A DNA stretch of 64,000 nucleotides from Eledone cirrhosa (taxonomy: Eukaryota): contig OZ024740.1 of the NCBI GenBank assembly GCA_964016885.1, forward strand, positions 66,898,001 to 66,962,000, given 5' to 3'. This document shows positions 1 to 13,580 of this stretch, one piece after another. The position numbers were made by a program, and so were the translations under genes. The notes under the pieces were generated by a model that did not search any database, was not told the origin of the DNA, and was given only the letters and a program-made list of their open reading frames with translations. Position 1 is the stretch's first letter; each line of letters opens with the position of its first letter.

Positions 1-632
1 GTATAATCAGTTGTCACTTCTTCAGAGATTTTGGATAAACTGGATAAAATCAGAAAAATTGAAGTATTTATATTAGTAAAAGAGGAAGGAACAGAGGGGA
101 TAGAATATGACAGATGGTAAAATAATTTACTGCTAAACAAGTATATAATGGGTTTTTAATGAGAATACCATGAGTAAATCTAAATAAGAAATTTTGGGAG
201 TGCCAATTTTAATCTCTACTTGACCAACTGGACAGTGGACAGGGCTGGTCATTTGGTGCAGTAGTATTAACTATAAAGTGTCAATTGGGGAAGGGGGAGA
301 TTTCGATTGCTACTAAATAACATCAATGCTAGTATCCAGCTGGTATATGCACTAGGGAATTGAATCAAGAAATCAGAAATCTCATTTTATCTATAGCAGT
401 TTGTATTAAAAGGTAAATAATAGAAGAGTTGATAGAATTAAGACTAATAAAGAATGTTCATATCTATTTTGACAATAAAACGGGGATAGAGACAGTCGTT
501 CAATCCTGGTAGTATTTATAATATGAAAATGTAGATTTTAAGCGATGGTTACAGTATAACGATCGCTCTATTCTGTTATTTAATAAAATGTTTTTGGATT
601 TCATAATACAAAATAATTCTACATTACATAAT

Positions 633-2365
633 TTACAAAATTCCTGTCCATGGGTAATGGGGGGGCATCGCTATTATATCCCATTTTAGGTGAAATTGTT
701 GGTTATTTTCACGCAGCTGCCAAGCCTTGTCTGCGAGTGTTGTTACATAACGCTGGTTTTCATGTTTTATCGAATAACGATGTCTATAAAGGCGTGATTT
801 GAAGGAGGTGGCTGTAGATCCCACATAGTACCACTTCTGTCTATCCGATTCGATAGTACATTTGTATACGATGTTGCGTTCAAGACACTGATTGTTCAAC
901 GGACACATTCCTGGTTGGACACAGTTGCAATTACAATTTTGCGTTGTTGTATTGCCATGGATGGGTTGATGAGGTTGCTTATGTAGGACAGGATGTTGTT
1001 TGTTGTTTTGTGATGTTATAGCTAATGTTTTACGTGTATTGTTATGTGTTGGAAGGCGTTTAAACAACCGTTTTGCGTTAAGCTTTTTTATATGTTGTTC
1101 AATATTAGGGGCGGTTGAATATGAAAGTCGAATAGTGTTAGGGTTTAAGATTTTATTATATTTATGTGATGTTGGAAAGTGTTTTCTAACTAATCGAAAG
1201 AATTTTGAGGGTAGATTGGTTTTAATAGATTTGTTATAGACCGGGTTGTACCAGATATACTCCTTACATCGCCTTCTGTTTGGTGGTGTGCGACTATTAT
1301 TGTGTCTATTGCGGTAGTGTATGTATGGTGGTGATTCTGTGCTATTTCTACTCCTATGCGATTTATTTTGGGTGTTTTGGTGATCATTGACTATATACTC
1401 TATATTATCTAGGTGACCGGCTTTCCTAAGTGCATCATCATAATACTTGGCATGTTCTTTGAAGGTTTGTTGGTTGGACGATAGGCGGGAGATTCTAAGA
1501 GAAACATATCTAGGGATGGATTTAATTATAGAGAGTGGATGGTTAGAACTCGTATTTACATATTTAAGGTTCTCATTTAGTTTATGGAACGGTTTAATCG
1601 TATCTGTATTGAGATTGAAAGTAACATCAAGGAAATTGACCTCTTTGAGGTTATATTCAAATGTAATATTTAATCCTAGTTCTTTAAAAAGTTTTCTGAT
1701 ATTTTTACGCATCCTTTCTAAATTCTGGTTATTCATATGCTTAACTAATAGGAGCGCATCGTCACGGTAAATTCCACCGTGGAGATCCTTGAATTGTCCT
1801 TGTAATCTGTGGGTGATATAAATTCCCACAAGATCTGTTACTTCCGCCGAATCATTAGAACCCATAGTGATATCAAAATTAGAAGGTCTATCTTTGCGAA
1901 CCCAGTAGCTATCATCGAATTTAACTATAGTTTTTCTCGCTTCCATAATAATTTTAATTTCAGCATCCGTAAGGTCGGAATTATCCTTAGCGAACGAAAG
2001 AGCTTCATGTAGAGTATCAGGTGAAATTGAGGAATAATATTCATCAATATCAAACTGAATAAATTTTGATTTTTTCTTATCAGTAATGTTGTTAAACCAT
2101 CTTATTGCTTCATGAGTGTTACCCCATAGTTTAATCTCTACTTTAACCTTAACTTGGGGGATAATTCTGTCTAGTATATATTTGCTAATTTTACCTATAT
2201 CAGATTTAGAGGGGCATATGAGTCTAATATTAGGGTTAGTATCGAAGTTTACCTTGTGGTCCTTCAGGTTGAAGGATGGTATAGCTGGTGTTAAGGGTTG
2301 CGTTCTATCGTCAATACAAAGTTTTTTAACAATATCACATGCCGAGTTGTTGATGTTTTTAAGTG
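633..2365 (-). mobile_element. Penelope-like retroelement, RT plus C-terminal GIY-YIG endonuclease, 5'-truncated
   Basis: Long open frame with RT motifs FDIDEYYSSI, TMGS, GIYRDD and VNFLDV, thumb YVNTSSNHP, then CNC..CPL and NIVYKC...YYVGSTATSFKSR. The first ~25 aa of the called ORF come from a flanking repeat. Confidence 0.9.
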
Positions 2366-2379
2366 TGGCTATATATATA

Positions 2380-2740
2380 TAGTAATAATAAGAAATTTGG
2401 AGACTAAAATCCAAAGAGGGCTCGATAAGGATAAACATATGTCAAATATATAAGAACCGTAGAGCAAATATTTATTAAAATAACAGATTAATGTTTAAGC
2501 AAAGTATCGCTGCTTTCACCCTTAACGGATCTTCTGAATCGGTTGAGCACTCTATTGACTTATATTCATCATGCAGAAACAACACCTGAATATTTCTACA
2601 AAGAACATACCCGTACCACGTGTTTTGAAATATTCACTTCTGCGTTCACAGATTGACTTTGTTAGTTTCAGAAGATCCCGTTAAGTGTGAAAGCAGCGAT
2701 TCTTTACTTAAACTTTAATCTGTTATTTTAATAAATAAAT
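2380..2740. repeat. Family A HHR-bearing repeat, inverted pair
   Basis: Part of 2380-2540 is the reverse complement of 2660-2740. The family recurs at about 10685-11250, 11452-11880, 14060-14350, 16560-16710, 24695-24900, 38855-38980, 40000-40100 and 61838-61910, always next to (TA)n. Confidence 0.85.
2664..2714 (+). ncRNA. Type I HHR variant with CAGAAGA core, family A
   Basis: Family consensus agttt-CAGAAGA-tccc gttaa gggt-GAAA-gca(loop)tgc-TT-aaact. This copy has two point changes. Other copies at 14283-14333 and 61840-61885. Confidence 0.6.
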
Positions 2741-2999
2741 ATATATATATATATATATATATAAATATTTTTTTATTTATTTAGTATCTTCTAATCTCAA
2801 TTTATTAACCAATTCTATAGCATTGGCCGAAAACGCAATACCAACTAAATATAGCAGTTGTTTTAGACTCTAGAATTTTTTTTATTATTTATTATATTTT
2901 TTATTACTTTTTACTATGCAATTTTATCAATTTTTATATATTTTTTATTTATTTATTATTGTTTACAAAATTGCAAACGAATCGAGTGTTATTACTATT

Positions 3000-3186
3000 C
3001 GGTGGATTTGCAGTATCGGTAGAGGGTCGGACCCCATGCTTTGATGCATAGAGTCATGGCCCTTTCCATTCCGAGTTCAAATCCCGCCGAGGTTATCTTT
3101 ACATTTCATCCTTATGGGGTCGATAAAATAAGGTACCAGTAATACACTGGAAAATTGCTAGTCTTGTGCCAAAAGTAGAAACAATT
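3000..3186 (+). mobile_element. tRNA-derived SINE
   Basis: A-box-like ggtggatt(g)gcagtatcggtag, B-box gagttcaaatccc, body tttcatcct.cggggtcgataaaataaagtaccagt and tail cttgtgccaaaagtagaaac. Multiple copies in the window. Confidence 0.8.
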
Positions 3187-3285
3187 ATTAATATTCGAAA
3201 AACTCAGATTACACATATTATATATATATATATATATAAGGAGAAAAAAAGTGAGTGAGAGAGAGAGAGAGAGAGAGAGGGAGAT

Positions 3286-3377
<92 letters not shown>

Positions 3378-3735
3378 TTTGTGGGCAGAGAATATTAGGT
3401 TTATTGGAAGTATATAATTCATGTGTGTTATATAATATTTACAGGTAGAGTTTTACGTAGTTTAGTCGAATCTCTTGAAAAATGAAGATATACTGCGATA
3501 TTAAGATTATAATAATATAATTCCCAATGTAAAGAATTGCGACCGAAACGTTCGTCTTTAACATAATCTATTTTAATTGCTACAGCTCTCTTTAATCTGG
3601 TGTAAACATATATACATATTTAAGAAAGAATTACCAGTCATTAAAGAAAGAATGAATTACCGTCCCCCAACCAACTTTAACAACACAAACGTTCCTCTAC
3701 TCCTGCTTAAATTACAAACCAATCGTATTATTATT

Positions 3736-3935
3736 GGTGGTGGATTGGCTGTTTCGGTAGAGGATCAGACGCCATGCTTTGTCGCATAGATTTACGGCTC
3801 TTTAACGAGGTTAACTTTGACTTTCATCATTACAGGGTCGATAAAATAAAGTACCAGTCTCGCACTGGGGTCGATTTACTCGACTTTCCCTTTCCCCAAA
3901 ATTGCTGACCTTGTTCCTATATGACAAACCATTAT
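3736..3935 (+). mobile_element. tRNA-derived SINE, same family
   Basis: Same body, gggtcgataaaataaagtaccagt...ctggggtcgattt. Confidence 0.75.
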
Positions 3936-5340
3936 TATTGGCGGTGGTGATCCGACACGTGAACAGCATCAATAATTATGCATTTAGAGGAATTGCCTTT
4001 TTAACACCGACAGGGTTAGAGGAACGTAACTTTAACTGTATGTAAACGTTATCAAAATCCAAATTATCTTTCGCGCTTAAACGTGACTGGTATAGAAGTG
4101 TGTTAAAACCTCATAAACCATTGGCTGTAGTTCAAACGTTCAAACATGTAGAGACTGAGCTTCCCGAATATTTCACTGTGGATTTGGAAACATTTCCTGT
4201 TCCGGCTGCTGATACTATTTCTTCCCAGAATTGTATTATTTTATTGGTTGTTATTTTTATAGGGCATGGGTATAGTGTTGGGCATAGAATGGTCGCTCTC
4301 CGCAATGTGATGTGGGCAGCACTTAGTAGGGTTATTTTTTTTCTCTGTATGTAGATTTGGGCACCTTTGCATGTTGTTATTTTATGCGTCATTCTTATAT
4401 ATATAAATCCAATTATGCTATTTCTTGTTTCTATTGCTTATACCTCACTCCCTGCTTATTTCAATTTCAAAATATTTTTGCCATACTAAAACATTCACCT
4501 TCAGAAGTTTATGTGTTAGTGAGAAGGGATCAATTTGTCATCCCAAATAAAGTAGTTTTCCTTCCCGCCTGTAATAGATAGGGCATGATTAGACGGTATG
4601 ACACGTTTGCTTTGTTATTGAGCATTGATGTATCCTAGTTCAGTGACATCCATCCTTTTGTAATTGAACAACGCCATTACTGAGTGTCTCATAAAGAAAC
4701 TAAGACTAGCAATAATAAGAATATATATGTACACTTTTTTTCTTTGTTAAATCTATGAACTTTCATTAAAAAATGACGTCGAAATAAAATTTTAGAGTAA
4801 CATGAAGAATGTTATGAAGAACTGTCAAACTTACCTGACAGGTCTTCTGTGATTCTTTCCATTTTTCACGTACACCTACTATATTTTAATTACCCCTTTA
4901 TGTTTATGTGTGCACAGGCTGGAGATCAGTATCCTAAATGATACATCCCATTGCCATTTGCTAAATTTATACAACTTACTCTCTGATTTTAAGTAAAGAA
5001 TTTGGCACTTGATCAGTGAATACAGCTCTCGATTAGATCACGCCTGGGGTTATACTCGGAGTGTGTGTGATTTTGGAATTCAAACATTATATGGGCAATA
5101 GCTACATGTACACATTGCATTATATGTATTTTCTGTTAACCACATGTTCTATGATTTTCAAATAATTCATTTTGTGATTCATATTATGTCTTATGTGTTT
5201 ATCCTGCCAGTGCATGTTTTGTTTTATATGGTGTTCTTTGTAAAAAATAATGCAAGCATTCTCATTTTATTGTTATCATTATTGTTGTTATTATTATCAT
5301 TACTATTATTATTTCTATTCCTTTCCTTCATTTTGAAAAG

Positions 5341-5608
5341 ACACCAGGTTCTGCAGCAAAGACCTACGATAAACGAATTCGGTTCGCCCAACTGGTTATT
5401 GGTCCTTTGTCTACTCCTCTCATGGCTACTCATATTAGTGTGTCTGTTCAAAGGAGTTCAGTCTCTCGGCAAAATAGTATACTTCACAGCCATATTCCCA
5501 TATTTCATGTTGACGGTCCTCTTAGTAAGAGGAGTCACGTTGGATGGTTCTTTAAACGGCATCATCTTCTACTTCAAGCCTGATTTCAAGCGCCTTCTGG
5601 AAACAAAA
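5341..5608 (+). CDS. SLC6 (NSS) transporter internal exon, end of EL2 plus TM4-TM5
   Basis: Acceptor ttttgaaaAG and donor GTAAGT. Translates HQVLQQRPTINEFGSPNWLLVLCLLLSWLLILVCLFKGVQSLGKIVYFTAIFPYFMLTVLLVRGVTLDGSLNGIIFYFKPDFKRLLETK, containing the SLC6 motifs KGV.S.GK.VYFTA.FPY and RGVTL.G...GI.FY..P. Ends in phase 0. Confidence 0.95.
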
Positions 5609-5669
5609 GTAAGTATATATGAAAGTATACCATTCAATACATATATTGCTGTTGTTGTTGTTATTATTA

Positions 5670-6120
5670 GAGCGTCGGACAACATGCTTTGCGGCATGGA
5701 GTTTCGACCCTTTACGTTCTGATTTGGAATCCCGCAAAGGTTAACTTTTCCTTTCACATTTACGGGCTCAATGACGTAAAGTAACAGTATCACACTGGGG
5801 TCGATTTAATCGATATTTCCCTCCCATCAAATTGTTGGCTTTGTGTTTAAATCAGAAACACTTAATATCATTATTATTTATTAACAATTATTATTTATTT
5901 ACACTTTAAGAAACGGCGGTGGATTGGCAGTATCAGTAGCGATTCGGACAACATGCTTCGAGGTATAGAGTAACGGTCCTTTACGTTCTGATTTAAAATG
6001 CTGCCGAGGTTAGCTTTGTCTTTCATTTTTACGGGGTCGATAAAATAAAGTACCAGTAACGCACTGGGGCTCGATTTAATCGATTTACCCCTGCCCCCTT
6101 TCACATTGCCGGCCTTGTAC
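5670..6120 (+). mobile_element. Two adjacent copies of the same SINE (about 5670-5860 and 5913-6120)
   Basis: Both carry the shared body and the cactggggtcgatttaatcgat segment. Confidence 0.75.
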
Positions 6121-6493
6121 CATTATTATTATTAGTAGTAGTAGGCGTAGTAGTAGTTGGGCTATAGCAAATCGCTGGAGTGACAAACAATACATTTGCA
6201 ACAGTTTCTTAATGTCATTTACAGTAGTTCCAATCCAACCCGAATCAATGAAACAAATAGTAGGCAGAGAAAGCAGTAGATATAATTATGTAGACACTTC
6301 CCTAGCTTTTGTTCATTGTACTTATGTTATAATTTCTTATTATTTGGTTTAATCTTATTGTTGTTGCTCTCGTCTTCAACGTCGTCATCGTTGTTTCTGT
6401 TGTTATTGTTGGTGACATTGTCGTTGGTGGCAGTGGTGATGGATGTCTGTGTTGGTAATTAATTAAAAATTATGGACTGATTTATACATACAT

Positions 6494-6547
<54 letters not shown>

Positions 6548-7919
6548 CCCACTCTCAAGCGTGAACCTAATACTATCACTGTTTGTACTGCACTTTCGTT
6601 ATTGTTTTTATTTTCTTTGTTTTTAACTGATATATATATATATAATATCAATGGCTTGAAAGAGTAAAACAAGGACAAGTAGTTAATTAATTCATTGTTT
6701 TAAGATCGATTCAGAGAGGAAAATTACTGATTTGTAGCCAAATCATTAGTCTCGAGAAAGAAGATTCATTCTGCGCTCTGAAGCACCTGGACTTTCCTTA
6801 ATACAGCCATTTCACTAACATATATATGATATAAACTGTTTAATAATATCCCATTGTAGCAAAACCCACCTCTTTAATAAGCCGTTTAGATAAAAAGATC
6901 CACCATCAATAATCAATTCGATGTACTTACGGATTCATTCGTCAGTGCTGACACAAGCGATTTGGTAAGCCTATTAGTCATAGACACGCTACATAAGAAA
7001 TTCCCTGATTGTCATGCTTGTTTATGCTGTGACAATGATCTGGCCCTATCTAGCCATAATAGTCTTCAATTATTTAGAAATAATTTGAAAACCACTTTTA
7101 GCAACTACGACTAAACATTACCCTAACTACCAAGCTTAGCAATGCTAATTTCTGAGAAAAAATGTTAGATGTACGCACGCAACACACACGCGCGCGCGCA
7201 TGCACACACACACACGCGCGCACCCACACACACGTACACACACACACACACACACACACTTTCGTAAGCCTAGTGCAAACATTAGGAGACATATACAAGC
7301 TGCTTCCTATCCCCCAATATTACAAGAGGTTATCGAAAACGCCTTCTAGCAAAGCTTTCATATACAGGGCTGCCTACTACTATAAAACTGTCCTAAAAAA
7401 CGACAGCTTTATGAGAAAATATCTAAGAAAAATCCAGGCATACACAAGCTATATGGTTATCACCACTATTCTCGCTCATCGTCAGAACTACCACGGTTTA
7501 ACATTTTCTAGCACTTTCTGAGTCACAATTTCCTGTAGACCATCAATACCGTCAGATATTTAGCCGCCATACCTTGAAAATCAGCTACACTTACATTAGA
7601 AAGATGACATACCGCATCACAAATAAGCAAAAGATTCATTCACCTTTTAAAATATGTTTCATTGACCGAAATTACATAACTCTAGTGGTAATATATGTAA
7701 CAGAATTGACCACCTCCAAGCAAAACGACTAAACAGAAACCTGGATATATGTAGGTATGTGAGACAGCTGTTTCAAAAACCGTTTCTTTAACTACGATAC
7801 CACCTTTGAACATCCAGACAAGAGGCATAACATGAAGATCTGTGTGGAATCTGAAACAAACTGGTTCGGAGTTTTCTATAATGTAAAAAGATACTGATGA
7901 AATCTACACTCTATATTAA

Positions 7920-8105
7920 CTGTTTCTACTTTAGGCACAAGGCCAGCAATTACCCAGTGCATTACTGGTACTTTATTTTATCGACCCCGTAAGGATGAAA
8001 GGCAAAGTCAACCTCGGCGGGATTTGAACTCAGATCGTAAAGGGACGTAACTATGCTGGAAAGCATGGCGTCCAACCCTCTACCGATACTGCCAATCCAC
8101 CGCCT
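7920..8105 (-). mobile_element. tRNA-derived SINE, same family
   Basis: Reverse complement of the 3000-3186 element. Confidence 0.8.
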
Positions 8106-8704
8106 ATATTAACGGATGGAAAATTGTTATTAATGGTTGAATACCCACTTGGGTTTCTTGGAAACTTTTGTTTTCTAAAGGAATGGTCTAAGCCACAGTA
8201 AAATCTATGTTATGTGCCTACACTGTGAACATAAGTTAGCTCACTTTTTATGTTTATATTTTTTATGTTTATCTTTTTAGGGTTCTCTACATTCCCTCTT
8301 ACAAAATGTGTGCAATCCACAAATTAGCCTCCTTTCTATTTTTTATTTTATATTTTTTAGAGTTCTCCCCATTACCTCTTACAGAGTATACTGCATCTCC
8401 GGAACGGCCTAACTTCAGTTTCCTCACGTTAAGTTTAGAACTTTTTGTAGTATCAATAATCTTTGCGGAGGTATTTATATTGCAAAATTGTAGCCTGAAT
8501 GATTTGGCATAAAACCAGAGTATTTGTTTAATGGCATCGTTGTAGAATTTTTGTATATGACTTGTCCCAGGGAATGAGTGCTCTAACCCCTTGAATACGT
8601 TCTGCCAAGTTTTTATTACAATATATATATATATATATACACATAATTATTAAGGCCAGTTAGTACAATGGTACTATACGAGGTACATACGTTTTGTTAG
8701 ACAC

Positions 8705-8758
8705 GTTCAACCAGTGCCGATGACAATGACGGGTCATTATCATCGGCACTGGTTGAAC
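8705..8758. repeat. Fold-back palindrome centred on an HHR-like CCGATGA/stem II fragment
   Basis: gttcaaccagtgccgatga caatgac gg gtcatta tcatcggcactggttgaac, with perfect 19-bp arms. Confidence 0.8.
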
Positions 8759-9013
8759 AAATTCGTCCTTAAGTCTAACATACATATCAGGATGGCACTA
8801 TTTTAGTACCTGGCGTTAATAAATTATATTCAAACTCGCCCTACGGACATGAATTCTTATATACCTTGTATATTTTACCTTACTACAAATACAATACTAT
8901 ATATATATTTATATATATTTCCAGAGGGTGTAACATGGAGTTACTGCAGGTTCACCCAGGAGAGCACTCGATGTTTAGGTTCGCTTCTGTGGTGAGGTGT
9001 AGAGCTATACAGA

Positions 9014-9083
<70 letters not shown>

Positions 9084-9225
9084 GTAACCGTATTAATTTG
9101 ACACTAGAGAGAAATTAGTACTCCATACCGAAGTAGAGTTTTGATATTTATTTATATTAAGTTAAAAAGAGAGTATTGGTAATCTGGAGTTTCGCCTGTT
9201 ACGGACATACATCTGGTGTGTATGT

Positions 9226-9282
<57 letters not shown>

Positions 9283-9284
<2 letters not shown>

Positions 9285-9432
9285 AACGTGTTAGTCCAGA
9301 ATTAGCCGTCGAAACGGCTTGAGCTCAGCCGTCGGGGTCCTACTCGTTCCTATTACCCACTCGACTACTCTAAGTATAGAGTACTTTGGTGCGTTATGGT
9401 CCACCTGGTTCCTTACCACATGTCCTCCGTTA
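9283..9432 (+). repeat. Family C repeat carrying the 3' half of an HHR; second copy with inverted head at 27295-27475
   Basis: GAAA-cggc ttgagctca gccg-TC (stem III plus GUC) followed by a tail shared with 27390-27475. Flanked by (TA)n. Confidence 0.65.
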
Positions 9433-9436
9433 TATA

Positions 9437-9500
<64 letters not shown>

Positions 9501-9566
9501 GGGGGAGTGTGCTTGTGCATATTAACTTGTTGTATCAGCCGTGCTAGAGTGAGAAATGAAATTCTA

Positions 9567-9602
<36 letters not shown>

Positions 9603-9620
9603 TAGAATTATATATATATA

Positions 9621-10629
9621 TATATGTGAATATAGACATAGAATATTCGAAAATATTCTGTATGTTTATAATAAACATTTTGAAGACCTAATCGCTATAG
9701 AATAGAATACGTCACGTATTACAATTAGATTCTCGATAAAAGCAAGGGAAGTAATCTACGCGTTTCATTCTTGTTAGAAATCATCAGGACTACATATCCA
9801 GTGCTTTTATCGAGAATGACACAGCTAGAGACTTATAGAATACTTAGCTGTGTACAGGAACTGGTTTGAAAGAGCGGTTGCCGGTCCGGCAGAAATTAGA
9901 AATTGGAATAAATGCTCTGAAATAGCGATATATATGTGAATATAGACATAGAATATTCGAAAATATTCTGTATGTTTATAATAAACATTTTGAAGACCTA
10001 ATCGCTATAGAATAGAATACGTCACGTATTACAATTAGATTCTCGATAAAAGCAAGGGAAGTAATCTACGCGTTTCATTCTTGTTAGAAATCATCAGGAC
10101 TACATATCCAGTGCTTTTATCGAGAATGACACAGCTAGAGACTTATAGAATACTTAGCTGTGTACAGGAACTGGTTTGAAAGAGCGGTTGCCGGTCCGGC
10201 AGAAATTAGAAATTGGAATAAATGCTCTGAAATAGCGATATATATGTGAATATAGACAGAATATTTTCGAATATTCTATGTCTATATTCACATATATATC
10301 GCTATTTCAGAGCATTTATTCCAATTTCTAATTTCTGCCGGACCGGCAACCGCTCTTTCAAACCAGTTCCTGTACACAGCTAAGTATTCTATAAGTCTCT
10401 AGCTGTGTCATTCTCGATAAAAGCACTGGATATGTAGTCCTGATGATTTCTAACAAGAATGAAACGCGTAGATTACTTCCCTTGCTTTTATCGAGAATCT
10501 AATTGTAATACGTGACGTATTCTATTCTATAGCGATTAGGGCTTCAAAATGTTTATTATAAACATACAGAATATTTTCGAATATTCTATGTCTATATTCA
10601 CATATATATCGCTATTTCAGAGCATTTAT

Positions 10630-10635
<6 letters not shown>
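9621..10635. repeat. Family D: 310-bp tandem repeat (2 copies) plus inverted copy, one HHR per unit
   Basis: Register gtgaatatagac at 9626, 9936 and 10246. About 10257-10635 is the reverse complement. (TA)n on both sides. Confidence 0.93.
10434..10476 (+). ncRNA. Type I HHR, family D (minus-strand copies at 9751-9793 and 10061-10103)
   Basis: gtagtc-CTGATGA-tttct aaca agaat-GAAA-cgcg-TA-gattac. Stem I is extended past an internal loop by the perfect 16-bp helix attctcgataaaagca/tgcttttatcgagaat. Confidence 0.88.
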
Positions 10636-10689
<54 letters not shown>

Positions 10690-11244
10690 ATAATAATCAA
10701 TTTGAAGACTAAAATCCAAAGAGGGCTCGATAAGGATAAATATATATCAAATATATAAGAACCGTAGAGCAAATATTTATTAAAATAACAGATTAAAGTT
10801 TAAGCAAAGAATCGCTGCTTTCACCTTCAACGGGAAATACTGAAACTACCAACGTCAATCTGTAAACGCAGAACTGGATATTTCAGAAAACGTTGCAACC
10901 GGAGGAAGACAGGAAGACGATACTTTGGTTCGTGGAAACATTCGCTGGCAAAGAACGGGAAAAAATGAATAATACGTCATTAATAGGAGCGGTGAAAAAC
11001 AATTACGCGCCAAGACAGAACCAAGTTTATGGTATAAAAGAGGTCGTAGACTAATGTTCTCTTAGGTGGTGCATAGAGACGTTCTCTTGCAATGAACGAA
11101 AAAACGAAGATAATACGTCATATGTGAAGCGTGGAGAACAATAGCACGCCAAGAGAAAACCGCGTAAATGGTATAGCAGAAGTTGTAGACTAAAATTCTA
11201 ACTAGGAGACCAAATGAATCTCCGCTACAGAGTTAAGAACAAAG

Positions 11245-11279
<35 letters not shown>

Positions 11280-11344
11280 CTTGGGGAGGGTCATATTTGT
11301 GTAATATTGCCATAATTAATAACAGAACACACTCACTGCTTGGT

Positions 11345-11455
<111 letters not shown>

Positions 11456-12189
11456 ATAATAATAAATGTGAAGACTCAAATCCAAAGAGGGCTCGATAGG
11501 GATAAATATACATAAATATAAGAACCATAGAGCAAATAGTTATTAACATAACAGATTAAAATTTAAGCAAAGAATCGCTGCTTTCAACCTTAACGGGATC
11601 TTCTTAAACTAAAAAAATCAATATGTGAACGCAGAAGTAAATATTTTGAAAAACGTTGCTATCGAAGGAAAACAGGAAGACGATACATTGGTTCGTGAAT
11701 ACGTTCCCTTGCAATGAACGGAAAAAAGCGAAGATAATACGTCATTTTATGGAGAGTTGAGAACAAGTACACACAGAGACAAAACCACGTTTATGGTATA
11801 AATGAAGTCGCAGACTAATATTCTATTTAGGAAACCGAATGATTCTCGGCTTCAGAGTTAAGAATAATGTAAATAAATTAGTAGAACGAAAATGACAGAG
11901 GTTATTGAAATCAACAATAATTAAATATATACATACATTCATCCATATACGTACATATACGTGCATACGCAGAACACCCGCCATGCATGCATATACAAGC
12001 ACCTACACATAAACACGCGTACACATACATAAAACCACCCGACACCTATACCCGCACACATACGAAAGTATACGCCAAATACACATAAAATAAAAGAAAT
12101 ATATATATAAAAAAATTAATAATAATGAAAAAAAATATATATATATGTGTGTTACATATATATATAAATGTTTATAAATAATACGCGAA

Positions 12190-12785
12190 CGGCAAAGTAT
12201 AAATGAATTGAGAGAGAGACTGAGCATAAGAGGAATCAAATGGTGTGTGCAGGAGAGGCTGTTGCGTTGGTATGGGCATGTCATGCGTATGAATGATGAT
12301 AGCTTCATAAAAAAGTGCAGAGCACTAGAAGTCGATGGAAACCGCGGAGTGGGGAGACCCAATAAGACCTGGGATGAGGTGATAAAAGCCGACCTTACCC
12401 AATTACACCTCTCAAAGGCGATGGCACACGACCGCAATAATGCAGAAGACCCCACCCCCACGGGTACTAGCCGAAGCTGAAGCATATAGACAATAAGCAC
12501 CCACACCTTCCCACTGCAAATTGGTCGTGGAGGTGCCACGCAAAAAAGCACCCAGCCCACACTGTAAAGTGGACGTGTAGGCGCCATGGAAAAAAAGCAC
12601 CCAGCACTCACTGTAAATGCGGTTGGCGTTAGGAAGGGCATCCGGCTGTAGAAATCAAGCCATAATCAGTTCCCGTGTGTGCAAGGCATGATCAGCCGAC
12701 CGGACACTGCCCACAACAGGACAACCCGTCTAACCCATGCTAGCGTGGAAGAACGGACGTAAAACGCTGATGATGATGATGATGA
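12190..12785 (+). mobile_element. RTE-clade LINE 3' end
   Basis: LRWYGHVMRMNDDSFIKKCRALEVDGNRGVGRPNKTWDEVIKADL (RTE C-terminus), 3' UTR ttggcgttaggaagggcatccggctgta and a (TGA)n tail. Confidence 0.85.
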
Positions 12786-13189
12786 CACATAAATAACGCA
12801 CGCACACACATACATATAGCTAAATACATATATGTTCACTAAACGTACGTCAACCAAAATAGAGAGTATACATATACACACCTTACATACGTGCAAACAC
12901 GCATACACACACAAACACAAAATACACTTATACACATAACCCTATACAGATGTACCAGTATATATAATATAATGTATACACCTATAACACTACAAGCAAA
13001 TATACGTACGAGAAAGTATACGTACCTCCACAAAACATACGTGTAAGTTATACTTACCTATACAAATATGCAATGGTATAAACATAAAATATACTTAGCC
13101 ACCACATCAAGACGTAAATTATCCGCGTATTGTTTGTACTATCCGTTAGGGCATAATGAGGGGCTGTAATACATGAAAGTGTTATGCAA

Positions 13190-13580
13190 TTTGTTTACAA
13201 GCCGAAACTACCTCAGATTTTTTGTTTAAGATGTGGTCATTGGCGTAGAGTATTTCCAGGGCTTCAGCGGCGCAAATATCGCATGGTCTTTTATTTCCGT
13301 TATACGATCTAGCCTTAGCTAGGATCTCCCAGTGTAACCTATATTGGGAGTGGTTGTCTATTAGACTTTAGATATTAACTGAATGTGCGTCATATTCCTT
13401 CTTAAAGGGTTAAGAAAAGAATGGGTCTGCATGTACAGACGCTGCTTGAATATATTGGCGGTTAACCCTGTGTAGGCCCAACGGGACATGGATTTTTCGA
13501 CCTTACATTTGTAGCCAATGTTATTGGAGAGGTATTTACAGGATAGAGGGCAGTCGACCCGATTCCTACAATTACAGCCA
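13190..13580 (-). mobile_element. Decayed PLE GIY-YIG fragment
   Basis: Reverse strand reads CNCRNRVDCPLS...NIGYKCKVE...YTGLTANIFKQR...WEILAKARSY...CDICAAEALEI with frameshifts. Same type as the 633-2365 C-terminus. Confidence 0.75.

Noticed and set aside
4918-4992. Possible upstream SLC6 exon (cacag|G...AA|gtaaag)
   Set aside because: Its end phase is compatible, but the peptide lacks the expected EL2 S/P.EE[FY] motif. Not supportable without RNA data.
5144-5340. N-terminal part of the 192-aa ORF
   Set aside because: Intronic (TTA)-rich sequence upstream of the AG acceptor. SLC6 similarity starts at 5341.
6700-7900. Possible very old PLE or LINE coding remnant; also 4100-4700
   Set aside because: Only scattered weak motifs and no continuous recognisable domain.
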